Shown here one piece after another: positions 30,560-40,821 of a stretch of DNA of 64,000 nucleotides. Position 1 is the stretch's first letter. The number at the start of each line of letters is the position of its first letter. Below the pieces are notes generated by a model. It worked only from the letters and a program-made list of their open reading frames with translations, had not been told where the DNA came from and searched no databases. The translations under genes were made by a program, and so were the position numbers. Source of the DNA: an uncultured delta proteobacterium (GTDB lineage: Bacteria; Desulfobacterota; Binatia; UBA9968); NCBI GenBank assembly GCA_963745835.1, contig CAVUZH010000003.1, positions 1,376,001-1,440,000 of the forward strand, given 5' to 3'.

Positions 30560-31560
30560 TTGATCACCTTGTCCGCCCGCGCCAATACGCTAGGCGGAAT
30601 CATCAAACCAATCTGCTTCGCGGTTTTTAAGTTGATCACAAGCTCGAACTTCGTCGGCTGCTCCACGGGAATATCGGCGGGCTTCGCTCCTTTGAGAATT
30701 TTGTCGACGTAAGTGGCGGCGCGTCGATAGAGTTCAGGTACATTCACTCCGTAGGACATCAATCCACCGGAATTTACGAACGCATCCGTCCAATAGATCG
30801 CAGGCGTTTTGGTTGCGATCGCCATTGAAACTAACTGCATCCGGTGACCAGCGAAAAACTGACTCGATATCAGGGTCATGGCGTCTAGGCGCTTTTTCAT
30901 GAGAATCGTGGGCAGTTCTTGGACATCCTTAAGCTCGCGCGCGTTAAGAATTTCCACCTTCACCCTTCTGCCGTGCGTCACTCGCTCGACCTCCTTTAAT
31001 TGCGGAGCGCTAATCGGATCAGACGGGTTAGTAAGCACCCCGATCAGCTTCGCCGAGGGGAAAGTTTCCATTAGAAGTTCTGTGCGCTTGCCGCTCAGCT
31101 CGACATTCATGTTGGTGAGGCCCGTCAGATTTCCGCCGGGATTGGCGAGGCTCGCCACCATTCCGGCACCTAGAGGATCAGCAACTAAGGCAAAAACGAT
31201 CGGCGTTGTCGGCATCGACTTCTTGGCAGCCAGTGCCGCGGGCGTAGAGGATGCTAGAACTACATCCGGTTTGAAGCGATCGATCTCTTCGGCCAGCTCG
31301 GCAAGCCTGCCTGCGCGGCCCTCAGCGTTCCAGAGCTCGATTGTAGCGTTTTGGCCGGCGACGTAGCCGAGACGATTCAGCTCTTCGAAAAAAGACTCCA
31401 TATTCGCGCGTTGTTGATCATAGGCGAAAACTGCTATGCGCAAGATTTTGCCTGGCGCCTGCGCCTGAGCGTAAGCACAAAGGGCAAAGAGCAGAGCGCT
31501 CAGGCAGGTAAGCGCAAAGAACAAAGCCCGAAGCCGAAAAGAAATAATGTCTCTGTTCAT
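30556..31560 (-). CDS. ABC_sub_bind protein, member 20
   Basis: Same motifs, intact. Confidence 0.9.
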   Translation of the reverse strand: MNRDIISFRLRALFFALTCLSALLFALCAYAQAQAPGKILRIAVFAYDQQRANMESFFEELNRLGYVAGQNATIELWNAEGRAGRLAELAEEIDRFKPDVVLASSTPAALAAKKSMPTTPIVFALVADPLGAGMVASLANPGGNLTGLTNMNVELSGKRTELLMETFPSAKLIGVLTNPSDPISAPQLKEVERVTHGRRVKVEILNARELKDVQELPTILMKKRLDAMTLISSQFFAGHRMQLVSMAIATKTPAIYWTDAFVNSGGLMSYGVNVPELYRRAATYVDKILKGAKPADIPVEQPTKFELVINLKTAKQIGLMIPPSVLARADKVIK

Positions 31561-31602
31561 GATCCTTTTACTATGCTGTTGCCTAATGGCTATTACCTGC
31601 TG

Positions 31603-32616
31603 TTATCGAATCACCTTATCCGCTCTGGCCAACACATTCGGCGGAATCGCCAGGCCAACCTGCTTGGCGGCATTTAAGTTTATCGCCAGCTCAAACTTTG
31701 CCGGTTGTTCGACCGGTAAGTCGCCCGGCTTCGCGCCTTTTAAAATCTTGTCGACATAAATAGAGAGGCGCCTGAAAACCTCGAGATCATCGGTTGCATA
31801 CGACATCACGCATCCGGCATCTACGTACTGCCGGGCCTCGCACATCGAAGGCAGTCGATTCTTTATGGCCAGATCTGAAATTTGCCTCATATGCGGCCCG
31901 AGCACGGCATGACTCACCGTAATTAGCGCCTGTACTTTTCTCTGAATCGCTTCTCGAATTGCGCCTGCCAAGTCAGGATTCGGACGGGTCACCTGCAGCG
32001 ATTGGAGCTGTATCTTCAACGCTTCGGCAGTAGGCTCGTAGCTTTGGAACGCGGTTCCTATACCTAGTGCAGTCGGGCGGACCCAAAGAACGCCGACGCG
32101 AGAAATCGATGGGATGATCTCCTTGAGTATCTCCAACCTCTTTCCACTCAGGTCGCGAGTGAGGCGCGCAATCCCGGTGACGTTTCCGCTCGGACGCGCT
32201 AGGTCGTCAACTAAACCGGTGGCGACCGGGTCCTGATTGGTCACCATAACAATCGGGACGTTCTTAGTGGCCTGCTTGGCAGCACGGACTGAGGTTGGAT
32301 CTACGGCTATGAGAATATCGACCTTCAGTTGCAGAAGTTCCTTAACCAGATCGGTAGGCTCGAATTTCCCATCGGAGTGGCGGGACTCGATCACGATGTT
32401 TTTTCCTTCAACGTACCCGAGATCTCGCAACCCATCCTGCAGTGCTTTGAACTGCCGCGGTATGGGGGCGCCGGCGCTTGGCAGATAACCAATCCTTGGA
32501 ATTCTCTCCGGCTGCTGCGCTTCGCTAAACGAGCAAAGCGCAAACAGCATAGTGGCAAGAGTAAAACAAAAAACTTTCTTGTTCTTCGCAAAATCCAAAA
32601 ACGAAAATTGAATCAC
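31603..32616 (-). CDS. ABC_sub_bind protein, member 19
   Basis: Same motifs, intact. Confidence 0.9.
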   Translation of the reverse strand: MIQFSFLDFAKNKKVFCFTLATMLFALCSFSEAQQPERIPRIGYLPSAGAPIPRQFKALQDGLRDLGYVEGKNIVIESRHSDGKFEPTDLVKELLQLKVDILIAVDPTSVRAAKQATKNVPIVMVTNQDPVATGLVDDLARPSGNVTGIARLTRDLSGKRLEILKEIIPSISRVGVLWVRPTALGIGTAFQSYEPTAEALKIQLQSLQVTRPNPDLAGAIREAIQRKVQALITVSHAVLGPHMRQISDLAIKNRLPSMCEARQYVDAGCVMSYATDDLEVFRRLSIYVDKILKGAKPGDLPVEQPAKFELAINLNAAKQVGLAIPPNVLARADKVIR

Positions 32617-33605
32617 TTGATCACCTTGTCCGCTCTCGCCAGCACACGCTGCGGAATAGTCACGCCTATTTGCTTCGCAGTTTTAAGATTAATCGCCAAT
32701 TCAAACTTGCTCGGCTGCTCTATGGGAAGGTCGGCAGGCAGGGCGCCTTTCAGAATCTTATCCACATAGACGGCTACACGACGGTAGCTGTCCGCGAGGT
32801 CTCCCCCGTAATATATCAGCCCGCCGGCCTCTACCGCTTCTCTGTTGTTGTAAATCGATGGCAACCGTCTTCTTATTGCGTAACCGGCGATCCGTTCATA
32901 GTTACCAGAGATTCGCGTCCCGGAGAGTACATAAAGAGCATCCGTGCGCTCCTTGTTAGACGTACCGAATGCTCGCTCGAAACCGTCTGCGTCTGGTACC
33001 TCCCAAGGCTGAACAGTTAATTTCAGCACCCGTGCTGTCTCTGGGAGGATCTCTTTCACCTCGCGTACCTGGGACGTATTGGCCGGATCGTAGAGAACCG
33101 CGACACGGGCAATCTTCGGAACCACTTCTTTGAGTAGCTCCAGACGCTTACCGCCCAGTTCTCTGGCAAAGTTTGTAAGGCCGGTGACGTTCCCACCGGG
33201 TCGGGCAAGGCTTTTAACCAGCCCTGCCTCAACGGGATCGGACCCGCCCATCATAACGATGGGAATGGTATTGGTCGCATTCTTGAGCGCCCGCGCGGGA
33301 TTGTTTCCTCCATCTACTATAACGATATCAACCTTCAGACGCACCAGCTCGGCCGCAAGCTCAGGAAACCGATCGCGCTTCCCCTCCGCGTACCGGTATT
33401 CGAACGCGATGTTCTGTCCTTCTATGTAGCCTAACTCGCGCAGCGCGAGCCGAATTCCCTCAGAATCGGCGGATTCACTATTGGGGGTGCCCGGCATTAA
33501 ATATCCTACTCGGTGAACTTTCTTTGGCTGCTGCGCATCGGCAACATGGACACTGTTCATGGTAAAGACAATCACCAGAAGAACAGTTGCGGAGTTCTTT
33601 TTCAC
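32613..33605 (-). CDS. ABC_sub_bind protein, member 18
   Basis: Same motifs; GTG start overlaps the TGA of an orphan stub. Confidence 0.9.
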   Translation of the reverse strand: MKKNSATVLLVIVFTMNSVHVADAQQPKKVHRVGYLMPGTPNSESADSEGIRLALRELGYIEGQNIAFEYRYAEGKRDRFPELAAELVRLKVDIVIVDGGNNPARALKNATNTIPIVMMGGSDPVEAGLVKSLARPGGNVTGLTNFARELGGKRLELLKEVVPKIARVAVLYDPANTSQVREVKEILPETARVLKLTVQPWEVPDADGFERAFGTSNKERTDALYVLSGTRISGNYERIAGYAIRRRLPSIYNNREAVEAGGLIYYGGDLADSYRRVAVYVDKILKGALPADLPIEQPSKFELAINLKTAKQIGVTIPQRVLARADKVIK

Positions 33606-33696
33606 TTGATCACCTTGTCCGCCCGCACCAGTACGTTCGGCGGAATCGCCGTACGACTTTAGATTTTGGATTTTCGATTTTGGATTGTTCGATCAT
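33602..33696 (-). repeat. 91-bp gene-less unit (heptamer tract plus SBP 3'-end stub)
   Basis: ATGATCGAACAATCCAAAATCGAAAATCCAAAATCTAAAGTCGTACGGCG + ATTCCGCCGAACGTACTGGTGCGGGCGGACAAGGTGATCAAGTGA; near-identical to 52136-52231. Confidence 0.9.
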
Positions 33697-34745
33697 CGGA
33701 TTACCTTATCTGCTCTGGCTAATACAGCTGGTGGGATCGTCACGCCGATCTGTTTGGCAGTTTTTAAGTTGATCACGAGCTCGAATTTAGTGGGCTGTTC
33801 GACCGGGAGATCGGCCGGCTTGGCGCCCTTGAGGATTTTGTCTATGTAAATAGCCGCCCGGCGTTGCAGATCGCCAAGGTTAACACCGTAGCTCATCAGG
33901 CCACCTGCGTTGACAAAGCCTTGTCTTACAAACACTGCCGGCAGCCGGCTTTTTGCGGCGTGATCTGCAACCGATTTCGGATCAACGTTGAATATGGGGC
34001 CGCCGAGCACGAGGATCGCATCAGCTCGAGCGCTACGCGCGTCTCGAAACGCGCGGTCGACTTCTTTCGGATGGCGCACGTCTACATACTGAAGTTGTAC
34101 TCTGAGTGCGGCGGCGGCGCGTTCTGTCTCCTTAAGTCCTTCAGCATCGCCCGGATTGTTTGAAGAACCTAGGACTGCGACATGAGATAGGCCAGGAAGG
34201 ATCTCCTTCAGAAGCTCCAGCCTTTTTCCGCTTACCTCGGGGCGGACTGTGGACAACCCAGTAATATTTCCGCCGGGTCGTGCTAGGCTTGCGATGAAGC
34301 TGCTGGCGACAGGATCGTTATCCTGGAGCATAACAATCGGAATCCTAGTCGTAGCCGCCTTGGCAGCGCGGGTTGCCGTTGAACCGCCGCTTAGAATAAC
34401 GTCGACCTTCATACGAACCAGCTCGGCAGCCATTAGAGATAGCTGATCCGGCTTCCCCTCCGCATGCCGGTACTCAAATGCGATATTCTGCCCTTCGATG
34501 TAGCCTAGCTCACGTAAACCTTCTTTAATCTGCGCAAGACCGCCACCTGTTAAGGAAACGGTACTCGCATACAGGAACCCCAATTGTGGGATTTTTTCCG
34601 CTTGTTGCGCCTGAAGCGGAAGGCAAATCGTCAAGAGCAAACCGCTCAATAAAAGATAAAATACATTGTGCCGTCTTGTTCCAATCCACAATCCAAAGCA
34701 TGTCCTGAGCCATGCCGAAGGATCAAAAATCCAAAATGGGATCAT
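33693..34745 (-). CDS. ABC_sub_bind protein, member 17
   Basis: Intact; leader contains the DPSAWLRTCF insert. Confidence 0.9.
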   Translation of the reverse strand: MIPFWIFDPSAWLRTCFGLWIGTRRHNVFYLLLSGLLLTICLPLQAQQAEKIPQLGFLYASTVSLTGGGLAQIKEGLRELGYIEGQNIAFEYRHAEGKPDQLSLMAAELVRMKVDVILSGGSTATRAAKAATTRIPIVMLQDNDPVASSFIASLARPGGNITGLSTVRPEVSGKRLELLKEILPGLSHVAVLGSSNNPGDAEGLKETERAAAALRVQLQYVDVRHPKEVDRAFRDARSARADAILVLGGPIFNVDPKSVADHAAKSRLPAVFVRQGFVNAGGLMSYGVNLGDLQRRAAIYIDKILKGAKPADLPVEQPTKFELVINLKTAKQIGVTIPPAVLARADKVIR

Positions 34746-34872
34746 TTGATCACCTTATCGGCCCGTGCCAAGACGCTAGGCGGAATCATCAGATCAATTT
34801 GCTTGGCGGCTTTGAGATTGATCACCAGCTCAAATTAGTTGGCTGCTCGACCGGCAAGTCGGCAGGCTTGGA
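34742..34872 (-). pseudogene. Orphan 3' end of an ABC_sub_bind gene
   Basis: [41 protein letters not shown] with no gene body; abuts the hicB upstream region. Confidence 0.9.
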
Positions 34873-34953
34873 CCGGATTACTCCCGTTCTCATTTCACCA
34901 CAGCTTGTGATCACAGGAGCGGCTGATATAGCAATTGTAGCTCTGGAGGAATC

Positions 34954-35199
34954 ATGATGCGTTACTCGGTGCTTCTTGAACCCATAAACGAACCAGAGTT
35001 TCAGGGCTACTACTACGCTCATATTCCGACTCTCGACCTGACCACCCATGGCATGGGAATCGAAGGCGCCCTTGGCGCTGCCCAACAGTTGGTCGAGGCC
35101 TGGGTTGAAGAGAAAAGGTCACGTGGCGAAACCGTTCCTGTCGAAGCGAAATCCTTGATTGCACACGTCGAAATTCCGGATGCCGTACTCCGCCCGTGA
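34954..35199 (+). CDS. hicB: HicB-family antitoxin (short form)
   Basis: YSVLLEP...[27 protein letters not shown]....GETVP pattern; GGAGG RBS. Confidence 0.85.
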   Translation: MMRYSVLLEPINEPEFQGYYYAHIPTLDLTTHGMGIEGALGAAQQLVEAWVEEKRSRGETVPVEAKSLIAHVEIPDAVLRP

Positions 35200-35386
35200 A
35201 GTCCTCGCAAAATTGATTCGCGCCGGCTTTATAGAAGTAAGACAGAGCGGTAGCCATAAAGTCCTGCGGCATCCAGATGGCCGACAGACTTACGTAGCAA
35301 TGCATCCAGGAACGCTGCCAACAGGAACCTTTCGCAAGATTCTTAAGCAAGCCGGCCTGACTGAAGAACAATTTCGGTCGTTGTGA
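35180..35386 (+). CDS. hicA: HicA-family mRNA interferase toxin
   Basis: REVLAKL.RAGF...RQSGSH..LRHPDGR...V.MH...L..GT...ILKQAG. Confidence 0.9.
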   Translation: MPYSAREVLAKLIRAGFIEVRQSGSHKVLRHPDGRQTYVAMHPGTLPTGTFRKILKQAGLTEEQFRSL

Positions 35387-35423
35387 ATTATCCCATTGTA
35401 AGTAAATTTGGCTGTGCCTCTTC

Positions 35424-35565
35424 TCATCTGATCACCTTATCCGCTCGCGCCAACACATTCGGTGGAATCGCCATCCGATTTTAGATTTTGGATTTTGGAT
35501 CCTTCTACGGAGTTTATTCTGAGAGAGCCGAAGGGCTCAGGAAAGATTTTAGATTGTTCGATCAT
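35424..35565 (-). repeat. Gene-less unit plus stub carrying a ~47-bp palindromic insert
   Basis: Same unit as 33602-33696 with CCTTCTACGGAGTTTATTCTGAGAGAGCCGAAGGGCTCAGGAAAG inserted at GAT^TTT. Confidence 0.85.
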
Positions 35566-36641
35566 CGGATCACCTTGTCCGCTCTTGCGAGCACGTTCGG
35601 CGGGATCGTGAGACCGATCTGCTTCGCGGCGTTAAGATTGATCACCAGCTCGAACTTCGTCGGCTGTTCCACCGGGAGTCGGCAGGCTTTGCGCCTTTCA
35701 GAATCTTATCGACATACGTGGCAGCGCGGCGGTATAAGTCAGGCGATGTTCGCCCCGTAATACATAAGGCCACCCGTGTCTGTCCACTGGACGTTTGGGT
35801 ATATGGCTGGCATACGCGTCTGTTCCACCAGCTCCAAAATCGTTTTTCGGTGAGGAGTTAAACCAAGGTTACCTAAACCGGTAATGAGACCGCCAACACG
35901 CTCCTTAACCATGAGGCGGAATGCGCCCTCAAGATCCGGATTGGGAGTTTTTACCTCTACAAGTTGAAGCCTGACTCCTAAGGCCTGGGCCGTTACCTCC
36001 GCAGCCTGGAATCCGGCTCTATTCGGCGAACTGAGCGGTTCATTAAGGAAGACAAAGCGCGCGATCTTCGGCACCGCCTCTTTCAAGAGTTCCAGTCGCT
36101 TTCCAAGCACCTCCGGGGTGAGGTTTGTCAAACCCGTGACGTTTCCCCCCGGACGGGCCAGACTGGCGACGAGGCCGGTCTCAACAGGGTCAGCACCGCT
36201 TGCCATAATAATCGGAATCGTAGTGGTTACCTTCTTGGCGTGACTGGCCGCCGAGTATGACTCCGCAACAATGATTTCAACCGGGAGTCGAACGAGTTCC
36301 TCAGCCAATGCGGGCAGTCGTTCGAGTCTACCGTCAGCGTACCTGTATTCGATGGTGATGTTTTTCCCCTCGATGTAGCCCAATTCCCGCAAACCTCGAT
36401 GGAAAGCCTCAAGGTTCCGCGGCGCAGGTGCACGGGAATCTGACGGATGAAGATCGCGCGACAGAAAGCCTATCCTGAAAGTATTTTTCGGCTGCTGCGC
36501 CATCGCGGACGGACATTGCGCGAAAAGCATCGCGCTAACCGTTAAACAAAAGGCGCTCAATGGGGCTACGTACCAAAGAATACCACTGATCGTGGAAGGA
36601 TCACTTTGCGTTTCACGCGGCTTGCCTTTCGCCTTCTTCAC
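35562..36641 (-). pseudogene. ABC_sub_bind protein, member 16 (frameshifts near 35742 and 35678; may be sequencing errors)
   Basis: ORF 35739..36641 continues in other frames to ARADKVIR*. Confidence 0.75.
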
Positions 36642-37681
36642 TTGATCACCTTGTCCGCCCGCGCCAACACGTTGGGCGGGACAATCAGACCGATTTGCTT
36701 TGCCGTTTTAAGATTGATCACCAGCTCAAACTTCGTCGGCTGTTCGATGGGCAGATTGGCGGGCTTCGTGCCCTTTAAAATCTTATCTACATAAACGGCG
36801 GCGCGCCGGAAACTCTCCGCATCGTTAGCCGCATACGATACGAGACCACCGCTTTCTACAAAATCCGCTCCCGCTGACATTAAAGGTAGCCGGTGCTTTA
36901 TGGCAAGATCCGCAATTTGGGCTCGATAGTTTACGAGCAGCGAAGTCCTAACTGCAATAATCGCGTTCGCGCGCCGTTTGGCCACTGTTTGAAAAGTATC
37001 CTTGAGATTAGAGCTCGCACCGCGTACTTCCAAGGATTCAAGCGCAATTTTCAGTGCATTGGCCGCGTTTTGATAATTCTCCACCGGTGAAGCCGTATCC
37101 GCTTCCCAAAGAAGTCCGACTCGAGAGATACCAGGGACTACCTCCTTCAGCAGCTCAAGCCGTTTTTCACTTAGATCTCGGGTGAGCCGAGTGAGCCCAG
37201 TAATATTTCCACCCGGTCGGGCCAAGCTATCGACCAGCCCAGTTCTCACTGGATCTTCCGTAATTGCCATGACAATGGGAATTGTCCTGGTCGCTCGCTT
37301 GGCCTCGCGGACAACTCGGAAAGTCGGCGAAACAAGGACATCAATATTGCGCTGGACAAGTTCGGCCACGACGCTAGGGATATTGTCGTCCTTCCATTCT
37401 GCGTGGCGATAATCAATGACGATGTTTTTTCCGTCGATGTACCCGAGATTTTGCATCGCGTGACGGAAAGCTGCAAAATTCGGCGAGGAGGTGGAAGGCT
37501 CGCCACCTCCTGTAACATATCCAATCCGTACGTCTTTTGACTGCTGCGCCTCAACGGAAACATCGGTAGGCAGAAAGAAAGCAAGCAGCAAGCAGTTAAA
37601 GACAAATCTTATCGTCTGTGTTAGAAGTTTCGCTACGCTTGTCTTACTGTCAGCTGCTCTCTGCTCACGACCCGTTGTCAT
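36638..37681 (-). CDS. ABC_sub_bind protein, member 15
   Basis: Intact. Confidence 0.9.
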   Translation of the reverse strand: MTTGREQRAADSKTSVAKLLTQTIRFVFNCLLLAFFLPTDVSVEAQQSKDVRIGYVTGGGEPSTSSPNFAAFRHAMQNLGYIDGKNIVIDYRHAEWKDDNIPSVVAELVQRNIDVLVSPTFRVVREAKRATRTIPIVMAITEDPVRTGLVDSLARPGGNITGLTRLTRDLSEKRLELLKEVVPGISRVGLLWEADTASPVENYQNAANALKIALESLEVRGASSNLKDTFQTVAKRRANAIIAVRTSLLVNYRAQIADLAIKHRLPLMSAGADFVESGGLVSYAANDAESFRRAAVYVDKILKGTKPANLPIEQPTKFELVINLKTAKQIGLIVPPNVLARADKVIK

Positions 37682-38682
37682 CGAATCACCTTATCCGCTC
37701 TTGCGAGCACGTTCGGCGGGATCGTGAGACCGATTTGCTTCGCGGCTTTGAGATTAATTCCTAAATCAAACTTATTCGGTCGCTCCACAGGCAGATCCGC
37801 AGGCTTTGAGCCCTTAAGAATCTTGTCGACGTAAGTCGCCGCGCGCCGGTGTAAGTCGGGGACATTGGCGCCGTAGTACATAAGGCCGCCTGCGTCTATC
37901 CATGATGGGGTTGGATATATGGCTGGTATGCGCGTCTGTTCGACCCATTGCAGAATCTTTTTACGGTGACGAGTTACATTGAGAAGACCTGCGCCTGTAA
38001 TGAGAGCGCCAACACGCTCCTTGGCCATGGTTCGGAATGCGCCGTCGATATCCGGATTCGCGGCTTTTACTTCCACCAATTCAAGTGTAACCCCTAATAC
38101 CTGGGCAGCGGCCTGCGCATCCTTAACATTGGACCTGTTGAACGTAGAGTCATCGTCATCGAGGAATGCAAAGCGGGAGACTTTGGGGACGAGTTCTTTC
38201 AATAATTCAAGTCGCTTTCCAAGCAATTCCCCGGAATAGTTCGTCAAGCCTGTGACATTTCCGCCAGGCCGCGGGAGACTGGCGACAAGTCCGCTTTGAA
38301 TTGGATCGCTGCCGCTCCCTATAACAATAGGAATCGTCGAAGTTGCACTTCGGGCGGCTCGGGCTGCTGTGGAATTTGTTGCGAAGATAATGTCAACTTT
38401 GAAACGAACTAGTTCTTCTGCGAGCTCCGGCAGTCTTTCAAACTTTCCTTCGGCGTGTCGGTATTCGATGTAGATGTTTTTCCCCTCCTGGTAGCCTAAC
38501 TGCAGCAAACCTTGACGAAAGGCCTCAAGGTTACGCTGCGCAGGCACAGCGGAGTTCGGCGAAGAAAGTTCATGAGACAAATATCCTAGGGTTGGAACGT
38601 TTCTCGTCTGTTGCGCCACAGTCGTCGAAGTAGTAGCAAGAAGAGAAACTGCAAGTAGCCAAACCGTCCGTAGTCTCCTCAT
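37678..38682 (-). CDS. ABC_sub_bind protein, member 14
   Basis: Intact. Confidence 0.9.
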   Translation of the reverse strand: MRRLRTVWLLAVSLLATTSTTVAQQTRNVPTLGYLSHELSSPNSAVPAQRNLEAFRQGLLQLGYQEGKNIYIEYRHAEGKFERLPELAEELVRFKVDIIFATNSTAARAARSATSTIPIVIGSGSDPIQSGLVASLPRPGGNVTGLTNYSGELLGKRLELLKELVPKVSRFAFLDDDDSTFNRSNVKDAQAAAQVLGVTLELVEVKAANPDIDGAFRTMAKERVGALITGAGLLNVTRHRKKILQWVEQTRIPAIYPTPSWIDAGGLMYYGANVPDLHRRAATYVDKILKGSKPADLPVERPNKFDLGINLKAAKQIGLTIPPNVLARADKVIR

Positions 38683-38723
38683 CTGGTTCTCCCATGCCTG
38701 TGCCGATTAACGTCTGACCATTG

Positions 38724-39758
38724 CTATTTAATGACCTTATCCGCTCTCGCGAGCACCTGCGGTGGAATGATCACGCCGATTTGCTTTGCCGCTTTGAGAT
38801 TGACGACTAACTCGAACTTAGTCGGCTGCTCCACCGGAATTTCGGCGGGTTTGGCGCCTTTCAGAATTTTGTCGACCATCGACGCTCCACGCCTGTAGGG
38901 CTCGACGCGGTCATGGCCGTAGGACATCATGCCACCGCTGGCGGCATAGTCTCCGCGAGGGTATATCGCCGGCAGCCCACTTTTCGCTGCTAAATCAGCC
39001 ATATGTTTTTGGTTGGAAGCCGCTAACGGGTACTGCGCGACGGTAACAGCTGTGGCTTGCGCCCTGATTGCCTCTTTGAACGCGCTGTCGAATTGCTCGG
39101 CGCTCCTTACCTCCATCGAATGAAGTTGCAGGCCGAGTTCTCTCGCCGGCAGTTGGCTCTCTTTCCATGCTTGCGTTGAACCTGAATCATTTGGATTCCA
39201 CAGCACCGCAACGCGCGACAGCTTGGGAATGATTTCCTTGAGTAACTCCAATCGCTTGCCGGCCAAGACCGACGAAATGATGCTGAAGCCCGTGATGTTT
39301 CCGCCAGGCCGGGGCAGGCTGTCAACCAGCCCAATTGCAACGGGATCACTCACGCTCAGGAAAACGACGGGTATTGTTCTCGTTGCGTTCTTGAGAACCC
39401 GGGCAACACTCCCCGAGGCCGTAACGAGTACGTCAACTTTGAGTTTGATCAGCTCATCCGCCAGGGCGGGAAGTCGATCAGATCTACCCTCGCTGTATCG
39501 ATACTCGATGGTTAAGTTTTTGCCCTCAAGATAGCCGAGGTCAGCCAGAGCCTGCCGGAAGAACTCGCGCCCGGAGCCTGCGCCACCTTCTCCCAGCCAG
39601 CCGATTTTAGCTACTTTGGTCGGCTGCGCGTTGCCAATCGAGCAAAGCGCAAAGAACAAAGTGCAAAGAGTCAAGCCAAACGACTTGCTTTCTCCTGATT
39701 CTATTAGCCAAAATTCAAAGCCTCGTGCCTGAGCCATGCCGAAGGATCGGAAATCCAA
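38724..39758 (-). CDS. ABC_sub_bind protein, member 13
   Basis: Intact body; likely natural start GTG 39769 with an indel in the leader insert. Confidence 0.85.
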   Translation of the reverse strand: MDFRSFGMAQARGFEFWLIESGESKSFGLTLCTLFFALCSIGNAQPTKVAKIGWLGEGGAGSGREFFRQALADLGYLEGKNLTIEYRYSEGRSDRLPALADELIKLKVDVLVTASGSVARVLKNATRTIPVVFLSVSDPVAIGLVDSLPRPGGNITGFSIISSVLAGKRLELLKEIIPKLSRVAVLWNPNDSGSTQAWKESQLPARELGLQLHSMEVRSAEQFDSAFKEAIRAQATAVTVAQYPLAASNQKHMADLAAKSGLPAIYPRGDYAASGGMMSYGHDRVEPYRRGASMVDKILKGAKPAEIPVEQPTKFELVVNLKAAKQIGVIIPPQVLARADKVIK

Positions 39759-39765
39759 AATCGAC

Positions 39766-40821
39766 TCACTTGATCACATTGTCCGCCCGTGCCAGCACGT
39801 TCGGCGGAATCGTCAAGGCCGATTTGCTTCGCGGTATTGAGATTGATCACAAGCTGAAATTTCGTCGGTTGCTCGACGGGAATGTTAGCAGGGTTTGAGC
39901 CTTTGAGAATCTTGTCGACCATGAACGCTAAACGTCCGTAGGGTTCAGCCCGCTGAGGTCCGTACGACATCAAGCCACCACTCCTTCGACGTAATCTTCC
40001 CGGGGATAAACAGCTGGTAAGCGATTTTTTGCCGCGAGGTCCACAATCTGCTTTCGATTAGAAGAGGCCAACGGACTCGACGCCATGATCAGAGCAGCGC
40101 TACGCACCTTCATTGCTTCCTTGAAGGCACTCTCGTATTTCTCCGCGCTGCTTACCTCCATGGAATGAAGTTGCAGCCCCAGTTCTCGTGCCGCAAGTTG
40201 GCTTTCTCTCCATAGCTGCACATTGCCCTCATTCTTTGGATCCCACAGCACCGCAACACGGGAAAGCTTGGGAATCATTTCCTTCAGTAACTCGAGTCGT
40301 TTGCCAGCCAATATCGGCGCAATGGTAGTGAACCCGGTCATGTTCCCGCCGGGCCGAGCTAGACTGTCAACTAACCCTAGCGCAACAGGGTCGCCTGAGC
40401 TTAAAAAAACAATCGGGATGGTTCTGGTAGCATTCTTGGCAGCGATAGCAGCAGCAGTCGCAGACGTAACAAGTACATCCACTTTTAAGCGGAGGAGTTC
40501 ATCAGCCACGGCTGACAGACGCTCCAATTTGTTCTCAACTGATCTATACTCAAAGACTAGGTTTTTGCCCTCAATATAGCCGAGTTCAGCGAGACCGCGC
40601 CGGAACAACTCACGGCCGGAGCCTGGACTCTCGGCTGAACGTGAACCGAGCCAGCCGATCTTGGCTACTTTCTGCTGCTGGGCGTTAGCTGGGAAGCAAA
40701 ACGAAAAGAGCAAAACGAACAGCGTTAGACAAAAACTTGTCTTTCTCTTTATTCTTCCAATCCAAAATCTAAAGCATGTCCTGAGCCATGCCGAAGGATC
40801 TAAAATCCGAAGTGAGATCAT
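39766..40821 (-). pseudogene. ABC_sub_bind protein, member 12 (frameshifts near 39982 and 39817; may be sequencing errors)
   Basis: ORFs 39970..40821 and 39704..39973 together give a full paralogue ending ARADNVIK*. Confidence 0.75.
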
